Part shown: positions 16,919-26,754 of the stretch, one piece after another | Layout: each line of letters starts with the position of its first letter | Numbering within the stretch: the stretch's first letter is position 1 | Assembly: GCA_942493005.1 (NCBI GenBank) | Contig: OW818661.1 | Coordinates: forward strand, 2,791,060 to 2,855,059 | Length of the DNA: 64,000 nucleotides | Direction: 5' to 3' | Source of the DNA: an uncultured Verrucomicrobiaceae bacterium | GTDB lineage: Bacteria; Verrucomicrobiota; Verrucomicrobiia; Verrucomicrobiales; Verrucomicrobiaceae | Program-made: the position numbers and the translations under genes | Notes under the pieces: model-generated | What the model was told of the DNA's origin: nothing | The model's database searches: none | Seen by the model: the letters and a program-made list of their open reading frames with translations, nothing else

Positions 16919-18406
16919 ATGAAATCTAGCCGATCCCGCATCGCCATGCTGGCGTTCCTTTGCGGTACGTCCCTCCTCCAAGCTGACATCTTGATCCTGA
17001 AAAACGGCACCAAGGTCGAAGGCAACATTCTGAACGAAAGCCCCACGGCGATCCGGATGAAATACCGCCTGACCCCCAAGATTTGGGATGAAAAGGATTT
17101 CCAAATGACTGAAATCCAGCAGGTCATCAAGCAGTCTCCCCAGGAAGTGGAGCTCATTGAACTTAAAAAGCTGGTTCCTAGCCCAGACCTTCTGCCTGCT
17201 GATAAATACGAGCAGCTGATCCAGGATCGTGTGCGTCCCTTCATCAACAAGTATCAGGGCACACCTGAAGCCAAAGAAGCCGAAGGCATCGCCGCTACCC
17301 TCCAGGAAGAAAAGAAACGCGTCTCCAATGGCGAGCTGAAAATGGAAGGTCGCTGGCTGAGCGTGGGTGAAGCGAAGGGTGAACAATACAACATCCAGGC
17401 CTACAAAATCCATGAAGAGATGAAGGAGCTGATGGCCAAGTACAATTACTTGGAAGCGCTGCGTGTCTTTGACCAGCTCATTAAAAATCGCCCCCCGCTC
17501 ACCGCTTCCACTTATTACCCCGCTGCGGTGGCAGACGCGAAGATCTGCATGGAAAAGCTGCAGGCTAGCCTTTCCAAAATGGCCCAGGAGCAGCCCACCC
17601 TGCAAAAGCAGCGCGATGACGGCCTGAAGAAACTGAACGATGCTGATAAAGCCCGCACACGCGCCGCTATTGACGATGAAAAAGGCAAATGGCGTGCGCA
17701 GTCCGAAGCCCAGCGCCGCACTAGCGTTCGCTGGATCGAGCCCTACAAATACGACATGCCGAGCATCCTCGCTTCGCAGAAAGTCGTCGTGGGTGAGCTC
17801 ACCAAATTAGAGGCAGTGGACCTCAACGAAATGAAGACTCGCAATGAGGCCTTCGTGACCGTTTACCGCAAGATCGGTGAAGGCGACTATCAAGCAGGAG
17901 CAGCCGCTTTCGAGCGCATCCAAGGTTTCGCCAACGTGCCTGAGTATCGGGACGTGGTGGCCGATCTGAAGAATCAGCTTCTTAAGCTCTACGGAGAACT
18001 CGTGCGCAAGAGCGCCGCAGGCCAAACCGCTGTCAGTGGTTCCTCCGCAACGACAGGCCAGACCTCATCCTCTGTGGATGACCGTGTGGCACGCATCTTG
18101 GCTGAAGCCAATGGTGGCCAACCCGCTGCTGGCGCCCCGGCCGCAGGCACCGCAGCTCCAGGCATGGCCGCACCAGCGGCAGCAGGCACGGCCCCAGCAG
18201 CCGGCACAGCGCCAGCCGTGAATCCAGCCGTCCAGCAGCGCCCTGTGGCACCAGCACCTCAAGCCCAGGCCCCAGCGCCAATGGCTCAGCCTGTGTATGC
18301 GCCACCCGTGGAAGAGTCGAACACCCAGACCTTCATCATCGCAGGTATGGCCGCACTCTTGGTCCTATTTGGTATTCTCGCCTTCAAGAAAAAGAAGGCT
18401 GAGTAA
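16919..18406 (+). CDS. secreted hypothetical protein with A/P-rich linker and C-terminal TM-KKKK anchor
   Basis: Signal peptide MKSSRSRIAMLAFLCGTSLLQA. Helical middle region. AAPAAGTAPA low-complexity stretch. C-terminal FIIAGMAALLVLFGILAFKKKKAE. Confidence 0.6.
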   Translation: MKSSRSRIAMLAFLCGTSLLQADILILKNGTKVEGNILNESPTAIRMKYRLTPKIWDEKDFQMTEIQQVIKQSPQEVELIELKKLVPSPDLLPADKYEQLIQDRVRPFINKYQGTPEAKEAEGIAATLQEEKKRVSNGELKMEGRWLSVGEAKGEQYNIQAYKIHEEMKELMAKYNYLEALRVFDQLIKNRPPLTASTYYPAAVADAKICMEKLQASLSKMAQEQPTLQKQRDDGLKKLNDADKARTRAAIDDEKGKWRAQSEAQRRTSVRWIEPYKYDMPSILASQKVVVGELTKLEAVDLNEMKTRNEAFVTVYRKIGEGDYQAGAAAFERIQGFANVPEYRDVVADLKNQLLKLYGELVRKSAAGQTAVSGSSATTGQTSSSVDDRVARILAEANGGQPAAGAPAAGTAAPGMAAPAAAGTAPAAGTAPAVNPAVQQRPVAPAPQAQAPAPMAQPVYAPPVEESNTQTFIIAGMAALLVLFGILAFKKKKAE

Positions 18407-18428
18407 TCTCAACGTCCCTTGATCTTCG

Positions 18429-18465
18429 AGGCCGGATCTCTTCCCCAGAGATCCGGCCTTTTTTG
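18429..18465 (+). terminator. rho-independent terminator
   Basis: Stem aggccggatctct (18429-18441) / agagatccggcct (18447-18459) with loop tcccc, followed by a T-run. Confidence 0.88.
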
Positions 18466-18510
18466 TCTTGAAGATCAGCCTCTGAAAGCCCGTAAAATCT
18501 CTTTACCCAC

Positions 18511-19848
18511 ATGACACCTCCACCCTCAGCCAGCCTCACCCGCCGCCGCTTCCTCACCCAGGCCACCGGCTCCCTCTTCGCCGCCCCCTTCATCACCACC
18601 GGTATGCGTGCTGCCTCGCCTAACGGCAAGTTACGTCACGCAGCCTTCGGCGCCGCTGGCATGTCCATGGCAGACATGACCGCCATGTCAAATCACCCTC
18701 TGTGGGAACTGGCCGCCGTGTGCGATGTGGACACGCGCAAGTTCGACCAGATCAAGAAAAAATGGCCTAACGCCAAATGCTACCAAGACTGGCAGGAAAT
18801 GCTGGAAAAGGAAGCGGGCAACATTGATTCCGTCAACGTCTCCACCCCGGACCACATGCATGGCCCTATGGGCCTCAAGGCCATGGAACTGGGCAAGCAC
18901 GTGTACGGCCAAAAACCTCTGGCGCAGAATTTGCATGAATGCCGCAAGCTCATGCTCAAGGCGCGTGAGACGGGTGTGATGACGCAGATGGGCATCCAGG
19001 TTTCATCCTCGTTTACCGAGCGTCTGGCCGTCGCCATCATCCAGCAGGGCACCATCGGCAAAGTCAAAGAAGTGCACACCTTCTCCAACAAGTTCTGGGG
19101 CGACATGGATCCCGTGCCGCAGAAGTCCGACCCCGTGCCAGCCCAGCTCGACTGGCAAAAGTGGCTGGGTACCGCCACCGACCGACCATACATCGAGGGT
19201 TATTACCACCCCGGCCAGTGGCGGAAGCGCCGCGACTTTGGCACAGGCACCCTTGGTGACATGGGCTGCCACATGTTCAGCGGCTGGTTCCGCGCCCTGG
19301 ATCTCGCCGCGCCGATTGGCGTGAAATCCAAAGGCCCCGCTCCGCTGAATGCCACCAACTGGGCCATTGATGCCGTGGTCGAATACACCTTCAAAGGCAC
19401 CGCGCATACCGCTGCCGATACCGTCAAGGTCACCTGGTACGATGGCAATGCCCGTCCGCCAGCCGAAGTGATGGCCCTGGCAGATCCCGCCAAATTCCCG
19501 GGCCAAGGCAGCATCTACATTGGCACTGAGGGCGTCCTCCTTTCCCCCCACACCAGCACTCCCCTGCTCTACCCACGAGATAAATTCACCGGCTTCAAAT
19601 ACCCTAAACTGGAGCCTCGCGACCACTGGGCCGACTTCATTGACTGCTGCCTCAAAGGTGGCAGCCAGAAACCTACTGCCAACTTCGACTACGCAGGCCC
19701 ACTCACCGAAGCGGTGCTCCTGGGATGCCTAGCCAGCGCCTTCCCCAATGAAGACCTCAAGTGGGACGCCCCAGCCCTCAAGATCACCAATAGCGAGGCA
19801 GCCAATGCCTTGGTGAAACGCCAGTACCGCCCCGGCACCGAGATCTGA
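18511..19848 (+). CDS. Gfo/Idh/MocA-family oxidoreductase with twin-arginine signal
   Basis: TAT motif TRRRFLTQATG. Rossmann-type N-domain, with VSTPDHMHGPMGLKAMELGKHVYGQKPL typical of the family. Confidence 0.85.
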   Translation: MTPPPSASLTRRRFLTQATGSLFAAPFITTGMRAASPNGKLRHAAFGAAGMSMADMTAMSNHPLWELAAVCDVDTRKFDQIKKKWPNAKCYQDWQEMLEKEAGNIDSVNVSTPDHMHGPMGLKAMELGKHVYGQKPLAQNLHECRKLMLKARETGVMTQMGIQVSSSFTERLAVAIIQQGTIGKVKEVHTFSNKFWGDMDPVPQKSDPVPAQLDWQKWLGTATDRPYIEGYYHPGQWRKRRDFGTGTLGDMGCHMFSGWFRALDLAAPIGVKSKGPAPLNATNWAIDAVVEYTFKGTAHTAADTVKVTWYDGNARPPAEVMALADPAKFPGQGSIYIGTEGVLLSPHTSTPLLYPRDKFTGFKYPKLEPRDHWADFIDCCLKGGSQKPTANFDYAGPLTEAVLLGCLASAFPNEDLKWDAPALKITNSEAANALVKRQYRPGTEI

Positions 19849-19855
19849 CCGTGCT

Positions 19856-20515
19856 CTAGAGAAACCTTTCCGCCAGAGTCAAATCTGCCGGAAAGGTGAT
19901 CTTGGGATTCGGTGAGGTGTTTTCTACCACAGAGACCACCTCGCCCACATGCTGCACTGCGGAGACTTCATCCGTCACCAAAGCAGCATCGCGGATCACC
20001 GCTTCATAAGCCCGCACCAGCAGATCCCGCTGAAAAACCTGCGGTGTCTCCATCACCCACACGCCCGTGCGGTCCAGGGATTCGGTGATTTGACCTGCTG
20101 CATCTACTCGTTTGATCGTCTCAGTCATCGGCCGCGCACAGGCCACCGCAGCGAGACGGCGCGCCGCCTCAATGCAGCGGCTGATTTGCTCCGGATGAAT
20201 CAAAGGCCGCGCCCCATCATGCACCGCCACCACATCGCTCCCGGCGGTGCAGGCCTGTAACCCTGCCCATACGGAAAGATGCCGCTCAGCGCCTCCAGGC
20301 AGAATAGCCACTAACTTGGGAAACTGCGCCCGCCAGCTTTCCACGACGGCCCTCACTTCATCACCTGCCACGACGAGGATCTCTCCCACCTCCGCACATG
20401 CCTGAAACTGGCCTAACGTACGATGCAACACCGGCACACCCGCCAGCGGAGCTAGCAATTTGTTAAACCCCATCCGGCGGCTGCTACCGGCGGCAACGAT
20501 AATGGCAGAAGTCAT
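19856..20515 (-). CDS. ispD: 2-C-methyl-D-erythritol 4-phosphate cytidylyltransferase
   Basis: AIIVAAGSSRRMG nucleotide-binding loop. VAVHDGARP and ETPQVF motifs. ATG at 20515 is preferred over GTG at 20548. Confidence 0.85.
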   Translation of the reverse strand: MTSAIIVAAGSSRRMGFNKLLAPLAGVPVLHRTLGQFQACAEVGEILVVAGDEVRAVVESWRAQFPKLVAILPGGAERHLSVWAGLQACTAGSDVVAVHDGARPLIHPEQISRCIEAARRLAAVACARPMTETIKRVDAAGQITESLDRTGVWVMETPQVFQRDLLVRAYEAVIRDAALVTDEVSAVQHVGEVVSVVENTSPNPKITFPADLTLAERFL

Positions 20516-20569
20516 AGATGCCGCCCAACATGCCGAGCCCTCCCACACCTCGCAAGCCTGCGCTCCATT

Positions 20570-21400
20570 TCAGGGTTCCCCCACAGTCGGTTCTGTCACC
20601 GTTGCTGCGCGGGTGAGGATGGCGCGTGTCAGCACCTCTTTGCCTGAAGTGCTCGACTCATAGGCCATGCCGCGATAGCGTAGAGGCTGGTATCCCAGAG
20701 CCAGCATGGCCGCTAGAGGGGCCTCCTTCAGCCCAGGTTTCCAGTAGTCGGGACTGCCGCCGGTTTCATAATAGTAGATCCAACTCTTGTCTGGCCGCGC
20801 CCATCCAGCGCAAAGCACGACATGTTTTCGGGGAATGTTCAGCAGATCCCCTGGACGCAGATTTTCTGCCTCCAAAGGGTAACAGACAGAAGGCAATTGA
20901 GAGGTGTCATGCACCGACGGCAGTTTCAGGCAGCGGGAGACAAACCCTGAACAATCCACCCCTGCTGCCATGGTGCTCACAGCCGCATTGTCTGCCCGAC
21001 GTTTCGCCGGTGAAGAGACATCTCCACCTGCCGCCCCCTGAGCGATGGCACGGTCAAAGCTGAGCGGATCATCAAAGCCGCCCCACTTATAAGGAATGCC
21101 CCGATTCACCTCCCCAGGTAGCCACCAACCTGGTCGCTCTGGGGGATCGTTCAGACTGGCATCTGGAGTGTGGACCAGAACTCCTGCCCCATCTTTTCCA
21201 TGCAAGATGTTTCGGGCAAAGGGACGCCACGGATGAGTCGTGTAACGCTCCGCAAGTGCCAGCGATTCAGTGGGCGTGATCTGGGAGGGGGCATCCGCAG
21301 CCCCCGGCACCAGCTCTGGGGCCGCAGATTTGGGGACCGCTGTTTGGCAGGAAGCCAGACTCAAAACCAACATGGGAAACAGGAGGGTCGCGGGATGCAT
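20570..21400 (-). CDS. secreted NlpC/P60 (C40)-like peptidase
   Basis: Signal/lipobox-like LVLSLASC. Catalytic-type GVDCSGFVSRC, and PGDLLNIPRKHVVLCAG (His). Confidence 0.55.
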   Translation of the reverse strand: MHPATLLFPMLVLSLASCQTAVPKSAAPELVPGAADAPSQITPTESLALAERYTTHPWRPFARNILHGKDGAGVLVHTPDASLNDPPERPGWWLPGEVNRGIPYKWGGFDDPLSFDRAIAQGAAGGDVSSPAKRRADNAAVSTMAAGVDCSGFVSRCLKLPSVHDTSQLPSVCYPLEAENLRPGDLLNIPRKHVVLCAGWARPDKSWIYYYETGGSPDYWKPGLKEAPLAAMLALGYQPLRYRGMAYESSTSGKEVLTRAILTRAATVTEPTVGEP

Positions 21401-21495
21401 GGAATGGAAAAACGTTGGGGCTTGCCGCCGTGCGCGGCTGTCTCATACTGTGCCACACTCTGGCTTGCAATGGCAGCCCTGCCACGCCCCTTCGT

Positions 21496-22848
21496 ATGAA
21501 CCTCTGGATTCACCTTTTTTTGGGCCTGTGCCTATTATCTCTGCCTCTGAGGGCGGCGACCGAAGCTAAAACCCGCACGGCTTTGGTCATCGGCAACGCT
21601 CGTTATGAACCGCTCGTCGGCCCCCTACGCAACACCACGAACGACGCCAAGGCCGTGGCTAAAACCCTTCGCGGCCTCGGTTTTGCGGTCATCGAAAAAC
21701 ACAATGTCACCCGCGACCAACTGCTGAAAGCGGTTCTCGAATTTCGCAGCACCTTAGCGGGGGCAGAGGTGGCCTTGTTTTACTTTGCAGGGCATGGCAT
21801 CGCCGTAGGGGGTTCCAATTACCTCATCCCGTTGAAGTCCGGTTACAGCCCAGAAGGTGCCGATGACATCAGCCTGCGACTGCTGGCAGAAACCCGTCTG
21901 TTCAATGTGGAGCAGGCCGTGGCCGACATGAGCACGGCAGGAGCGCGCTGCAATCTCGTCATCCTGGATGCCTGCCGCACCACGGCCCTCAGCCGCACCG
22001 GGCGCACCCGTGATGCAGTGGCTCCACGAGGGCTGAATGAAATGAAACCGCCTGCAGGGTCGCTCATCGCCTTCGCCACAGATGCTGGACAAACAGCCCT
22101 CGATGGTGATGGAGCCAACGGTCTATACACCGAGGAGTGGCTGAAGCACCTAAGCACACCCGGCCTAACCATTGAGCAAGTCTTTAAACGCACCCGTGCA
22201 GGCGTGCTTGAGCGGTCTCAGGGTGGACAGATTCCTGCGGAATACTCCCGCTTGGTCGGCGATGACATTTACATCGCTGGCCCATCGGCGGCTCCCGTCG
22301 CAGTGATGACAGCCACGACTCCCACCATTCCCAGCCAAACCCAGATCCTCAATCTAGCGAAGGCTGGCCTGGCTGAAGAATGTGCCGACGCCCTGCTTTC
22401 AGTTGCCACAGCTCAAGGCCCCGGAGTCTATGCCGCCGAACCTTTTGGCATCCTGCTGGAGCAGGCCAAAGAAGCGCTCAAAGAAGCCACTCCAGGAGGC
22501 CCAAAAGTGGAAGCAGCGGCAACCACCTGCCAACAGGTGCTGCGAGCACTGCCACAGTGCCTGCCTGCCACCCACGAAAGCTACCAGCCCTTTCAGGCCA
22601 AAGCGCACAATCGCCACGGCGATGCCCTCCTTCTCCTGGACCGTGCAGCCGAAGCCATCGCTGCTTTTGATACCGCACAGGCGTTGGATCCCTCAGACGC
22701 CTACATTCTCTACAATCGTGGCCGCGCCCATGTGGCAATCGGAGATTTAGAGAAAGCGCGGAGCGATTTCACTGCCGCCACCAGCCCGAAGTTCAATCAA
22801 CCCAAAGCCCGCAAGCTAGCAGAAGAAGCCCTGGCAAACCTGAAGTGA
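21496..22848 (+). CDS. secreted caspase-family (peptidase C14) protein with C-terminal TPR region
   Basis: Signal peptide MNLWIHLFLGLCLLSLPLRA. ALVIGNARYE. His in FYFAGHGIAVGG. Cys in LVILDACRT. The C-terminus carries TPR-like repeats (ILYNRGRAHVAIGDLEKARSDF). Confidence 0.8.
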   Translation: MNLWIHLFLGLCLLSLPLRAATEAKTRTALVIGNARYEPLVGPLRNTTNDAKAVAKTLRGLGFAVIEKHNVTRDQLLKAVLEFRSTLAGAEVALFYFAGHGIAVGGSNYLIPLKSGYSPEGADDISLRLLAETRLFNVEQAVADMSTAGARCNLVILDACRTTALSRTGRTRDAVAPRGLNEMKPPAGSLIAFATDAGQTALDGDGANGLYTEEWLKHLSTPGLTIEQVFKRTRAGVLERSQGGQIPAEYSRLVGDDIYIAGPSAAPVAVMTATTPTIPSQTQILNLAKAGLAEECADALLSVATAQGPGVYAAEPFGILLEQAKEALKEATPGGPKVEAAATTCQQVLRALPQCLPATHESYQPFQAKAHNRHGDALLLLDRAAEAIAAFDTAQALDPSDAYILYNRGRAHVAIGDLEKARSDFTAATSPKFNQPKARKLAEEALANLK

Positions 22849-22851
22849 ATG

Positions 22852-24159
22852 CTACTGCGTATTCACCACCGCCCCCAGCCGATGCAGCAGGCTGAATAGG
22901 CCAAAGAAAGCCCGGTTCACATACACGGACTCCGCCCGCCCACGCGCACCACGCAGGGACCGCAGTTCCTGGTCCTGACGATTTGCCTCGCCCATGGCAT
23001 ACAGCGTTTGCATGAAGGCTGGATCGGCAAAGTCAAACCGGCCTGCTCGGAAGGGTCGAGTCAGCACTTCGATGGATTCACGCGCTAGATCCATGATTTT
23101 CTTCTGCTGCGCAGCCCCATCTCCCGGCAGCAACACATCCATGTCTCGCAAGGATTGCTCCAGCTTGGCGTCAGACTCCAGCAACTCGGGGTTCAAAAAG
23201 GCAAACTGCTGGGCATGAAACTCGGGCGTGATGGCGCGGGTGCAGCCGAAATCCAGCACGTATAAAAAACCATCCGCCACCAGAAAGTTCCCAGGATGCG
23301 GGTCAGCATGGAAGAGGTGCAGGACATGGATCTGATGCTGATAAAAATCCCACAAAGCCTGGCCGATCTGGTTCCGACTTTCCTGGCTAGCATTGCTGGC
23401 AGCAAACCGATCCAAAGTCAGGCCTTCTATCCAGTCCATCGTCAGCACCCGACTGGAACAGCGTTCTGGGTAAAAAGCAGGGAACCGCAGCCGCTCTAGC
23501 GGAGCACAAGCGGCAGCAATCTCCTGAGAACGACGCAATTCCGTAACGTAGTCCGTTTCCTCCAAAAGCCTTGCCTCCACCTCCGTGAAATAGTGGGCAA
23601 TGTCCTCCTCCCGCAGTCCGAACATTTGGAGTGCAACCGGTTTCACCACCCGCAAGTCACTGCGCATGGATTCTGCCACGCCCGGATATTGCACCTTCAC
23701 GGCCAATTTTTTCCCAGCCCGTGTGGCCACATGAACCTGACCGATGGAGGCCCCATGAGCAGCCTCACGGGAAAAGGTATCGTACAACGCCTCCACCGGC
23801 TGGCCAAACTCGCGCTCCAGGGTCCGCCGCACGAGGGGCCAGGATAGAGGCGGGGCCGAATACTGGGCCTGAGCAAACTGACTGGCATACGCCGGTGGCA
23901 GCAAATTTTGGTCAATGCTGAGCATCTGCGCCAGCTTCAGGGGACCACCTTTGAGACGGCTGAAGGAGTCATAAACGGCCTTCGCATTCACCGCATCCAG
24001 TTCCTCTCGCAAGGCTGGTTGCGCGGTCTGCGGCGTCACAGCACGCTGGCCGTAATACTTGAGGTAATTCATCCCCACGCGCGCACCTGTGCCCGCCAGA
24101 TCAGCCATGCGGGTGAGGGGCGTGCTGCGGATGCTATCCTGAGAAGGGGTAGCAGCCAT
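22852..24159 (-). CDS. ABC1/UbiB/AarF atypical kinase family protein
   Basis: LKGGPLKLAQMLS, ASIGQVHVA..GKKLAVKVQYPGV and HADPHPGNF motifs. Confidence 0.85.
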   Translation of the reverse strand: MAATPSQDSIRSTPLTRMADLAGTGARVGMNYLKYYGQRAVTPQTAQPALREELDAVNAKAVYDSFSRLKGGPLKLAQMLSIDQNLLPPAYASQFAQAQYSAPPLSWPLVRRTLEREFGQPVEALYDTFSREAAHGASIGQVHVATRAGKKLAVKVQYPGVAESMRSDLRVVKPVALQMFGLREEDIAHYFTEVEARLLEETDYVTELRRSQEIAAACAPLERLRFPAFYPERCSSRVLTMDWIEGLTLDRFAASNASQESRNQIGQALWDFYQHQIHVLHLFHADPHPGNFLVADGFLYVLDFGCTRAITPEFHAQQFAFLNPELLESDAKLEQSLRDMDVLLPGDGAAQQKKIMDLARESIEVLTRPFRAGRFDFADPAFMQTLYAMGEANRQDQELRSLRGARGRAESVYVNRAFFGLFSLLHRLGAVVNTQ

Positions 24160-24160
24160 A

Positions 24161-24835
24161 TCAGGCTCGATTCATCGCCCCCGGCAAAAGAAAACGCATG
24201 AGGTCAAACCCTGAGTCCAAAGCCTGGCGACCAATAAGGTCGAACAACACCGCCACGGATTTTTCGACAAAAGCGTCCGTCCGCTCAAATTTCGGGCTGT
24301 CATCTTTGAGATAAAAAGCGACCACACTCCGCAGCAGTAGCCGAAGGGCCTTAGGATAAGCCGCCGTCAGCGGACCGCGATTGACGATCTCCCCGTGGGC
24401 TTTCCCATGATGTAGAACCGACCGCGCAAACACATCGAAACGATCTTCCAAAGCCGACCACTCCGGCACGGGTTTCACCGGCGAGGTCAATCCATGACGC
24501 AGAAGAAACAGGCTACGGTGATCTAAAGAGGCTTCTAAGAAAGCGAAAAGGAAAGCTAGGGTACGCTGCCGGGCTGTGAATCCAGACCACTCAGGTCCGT
24601 TCTCCACGGAATGAATCACATGCTCGAGCATGCCTTTCCACCAGTGCCGCTCGACAGCCTCCAGAGATGGATATTCAGAGAAAAACTCTCGCTCCGTGAT
24701 GCCCAGATTTTGGCAAAAACGAAAAACTGAAAGCGGAGCACGACCCTCTGAGCGCAGCTCGTGCAAATAAGCTTCCTCGATACGGTGACGGAGAGGCGGT
24801 GATTCAGGCGGCGAGTCATCCATGATATAGGGCAT
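24161..24835 (-). CDS. TetR-family-like transcriptional regulator
   Basis: HTH-like SVFRFCQNLGITEREFFSEYPSLEAV. The stop is 1 nt from the ABC1 kinase start. Start set to ATG 24835 because the longer ORF would run through the greA terminator hairpin. Confidence 0.6.
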   Translation of the reverse strand: MPYIMDDSPPESPPLRHRIEEAYLHELRSEGRAPLSVFRFCQNLGITEREFFSEYPSLEAVERHWWKGMLEHVIHSVENGPEWSGFTARQRTLAFLFAFLEASLDHRSLFLLRHGLTSPVKPVPEWSALEDRFDVFARSVLHHGKAHGEIVNRGPLTAAYPKALRLLLRSVVAFYLKDDSPKFERTDAFVEKSVAVLFDLIGRQALDSGFDLMRFLLPGAMNRA

Positions 24836-24845
24836 ACGCCTGACG

Positions 24846-24874
24846 CAAAAGAGGCGATGCTTTCGCATCGCCTC
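24846..24874 (-). terminator. rho-independent terminator of greA
   Basis: Perfect 10-bp stem gaggcgatgc (24851-24860) / gcatcgcctc (24865-24874) with loop tttc. T4 follows on the minus strand (aaaa 24847-24850 on +). Confidence 0.75.
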
Positions 24875-24906
24875 TCTCATGAATCTAAGTCAGAACTCGC
24901 AGAGCC

Positions 24907-26754
24907 TTACGCCCCAGGATTGAACGGACGAATGGCCAGGACCTTGATCTTGCGACCGGTACCTTCTTCAGTCGGGATGTCAGCCTCATCACCAGGAGCC
25001 ATGCCGATCAGCACCTTGGCAATGTCAGACAGATAAGAGACGATGTTGTGATCCAGATCGCCGTCCCAGGCACCCAGGATGGTATAGGTTTCATTTTCAC
25101 CCGTCGCGACATCCTGGAAATCCACCACCGTGCCGATGCCCACTTTATCAGCATTCACGTTGGCAAAGTCGGTACCACGGGAAAGGCTGATTTCGCGCTC
25201 CAGCTGGTCCTTCATGCGATTCAGCACCGCCTGCTGCTCACGAGCAGCCTTGTAACCACCATTTTCACGAAGGTCACCTTCGTCACGAGCGATCTGAATC
25301 TCGTTCTTGTTGTGCGGGATCTTGACGTTGGCCAGCTCATCCAGCTCGGCTTTTTTCTTCTCCAGGCTGTCCCAGGAGACGATAAGACGGTTGTCCTCAC
25401 GGGACTCGGCGTTTTCGTTCATCAGGGCTTCCATTTCTGGGCGGGCCTTGATCACACGCGCCAACAAGGAGCGGCGGGTCAGCTCATCCAGCACAGAGCT
25501 ATTGATGAGACGCTTGGCAAAGTTACGCAGGGACTCGTCATCCGTGTCCACCACCAGTTCATGGATCAGCGTCTTGTCATCGGAAAGCTGGTCGCTGAGG
25601 CGGCCAGTGCGCTTCGGCCCGCCCTGCACATGGTCATCTTCCACGGCGTCCAGGATGGCGTTACCCAGGTCGATGCTGAACACAGACTGGGCCAGGCCCT
25701 TACGCTCTTTGCAGATCCAGATCAGCAGATCCGCGCTCAGGGTGCGGTTACGGACGGATTTTTTGAGGAATTCAGACAGCACTTCCAATTCACCATTGGT
25801 ATCCAAAACCACGGCGATTTCAGCCACGGCACGACCACCGGTGCGAGTGAGGTGATTGAGGATTTCCGGCACCCAAACGCGCTCTGGGAACGCCTCAGGG
25901 AATGCACGATACATGCGGCCCAGCTGGCTGACGGGCAATCCACCGATGTTTTCGGCCAAAAGAGGACGTGCCTCACAAACAAGGTCCGCCACCTTCATCG
26001 AGCCCATCGGCGCCGAAGCACCTTCGATGGCATCAATCAGTTCATCGCGGGCCAAAAGCAGTTGCAGGCTGTCCTTGAGGTGCAGTTTCCAAGCCTTGCG
26101 CACGGTGTCAGAGATGTCCTGGAACACTGGCACCAGTTCCGTGCCGGGTTGCTCAAACAGGTCCAAATCTTTCTGGATCAGTGCCAGCACACCCAGCTTG
26201 CCCTTGAGATCGCGCTTGGCCAGAAAGTTCTGCACCATCACGCCACCGGGTTTTTCAGCACTGTCACGTAGCACCAGAGGTTCGGTGCGCTTAGAGGGCA
26301 CCACGATGTGACGCGCTGTTTTGAGGGTCTTTTTAGCCGATTCCCACCACTTCTTATACTCAGCCTCAGAGACGATGCGCGGCTTCAGCAGACGCTCCAG
26401 ATCATCCAGAGACATGGAACTGCCAGAGGATTTCAGCGCCAGCTCGATGAGTTCCGTCACCTTGCCCTTGGCCAGAGATTTCAAGCCATCGAGGTCCGAA
26501 TGACGGCGGGAAAGCAAATGCTCAGCAGGCAGGATTTCTAGGGATGTGATGGCGAAGGAAAGCTTCAGCCCGTGACCTGGTTTGCTTTCAAAATCCAGAA
26601 TGATGCGATCTCCGAGCAGATCCCATTCAGCGACCTTTCCCACACCCCAGCTTTTATGCAGGCAGAAGGTACCGGGTTCGAGTTTCGATAATTTTTCGCC
26701 GTCTGCGGCGGCGAGTTTGCCAGCCGCGACCAAGTTTTGGACCTCAGAATTCAT
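24907..26754 (-). CDS. greA: transcription elongation factor GreA, long form with ~450-aa N-terminal extension
   Basis: The C-terminal ~155 aa match GreA (ARDEGDLRENGGYKAAREQQ.., GIGTVVDF..TYTILGAWD). The N-terminus has a CarD/TRCF-like KSWGVGKV segment. Confidence 0.85.
   Translation of the reverse strand: MNSEVQNLVAAGKLAAADGEKLSKLEPGTFCLHKSWGVGKVAEWDLLGDRIILDFESKPGHGLKLSFAITSLEILPAEHLLSRRHSDLDGLKSLAKGKVTELIELALKSSGSSMSLDDLERLLKPRIVSEAEYKKWWESAKKTLKTARHIVVPSKRTEPLVLRDSAEKPGGVMVQNFLAKRDLKGKLGVLALIQKDLDLFEQPGTELVPVFQDISDTVRKAWKLHLKDSLQLLLARDELIDAIEGASAPMGSMKVADLVCEARPLLAENIGGLPVSQLGRMYRAFPEAFPERVWVPEILNHLTRTGGRAVAEIAVVLDTNGELEVLSEFLKKSVRNRTLSADLLIWICKERKGLAQSVFSIDLGNAILDAVEDDHVQGGPKRTGRLSDQLSDDKTLIHELVVDTDDESLRNFAKRLINSSVLDELTRRSLLARVIKARPEMEALMNENAESREDNRLIVSWDSLEKKKAELDELANVKIPHNKNEIQIARDEGDLRENGGYKAAREQQAVLNRMKDQLEREISLSRGTDFANVNADKVGIGTVVDFQDVATGENETYTILGAWDGDLDHNIVSYLSDIAKVLIGMAPGDEADIPTEEGTGRKIKVLAIRPFNPGA

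Noticed and set aside
25048-26271. 407-aa + strand ORF inside greA.
   Set aside because: It is antisense to a well-supported GreA gene and has no motifs. It is an expected artefact of codon bias.
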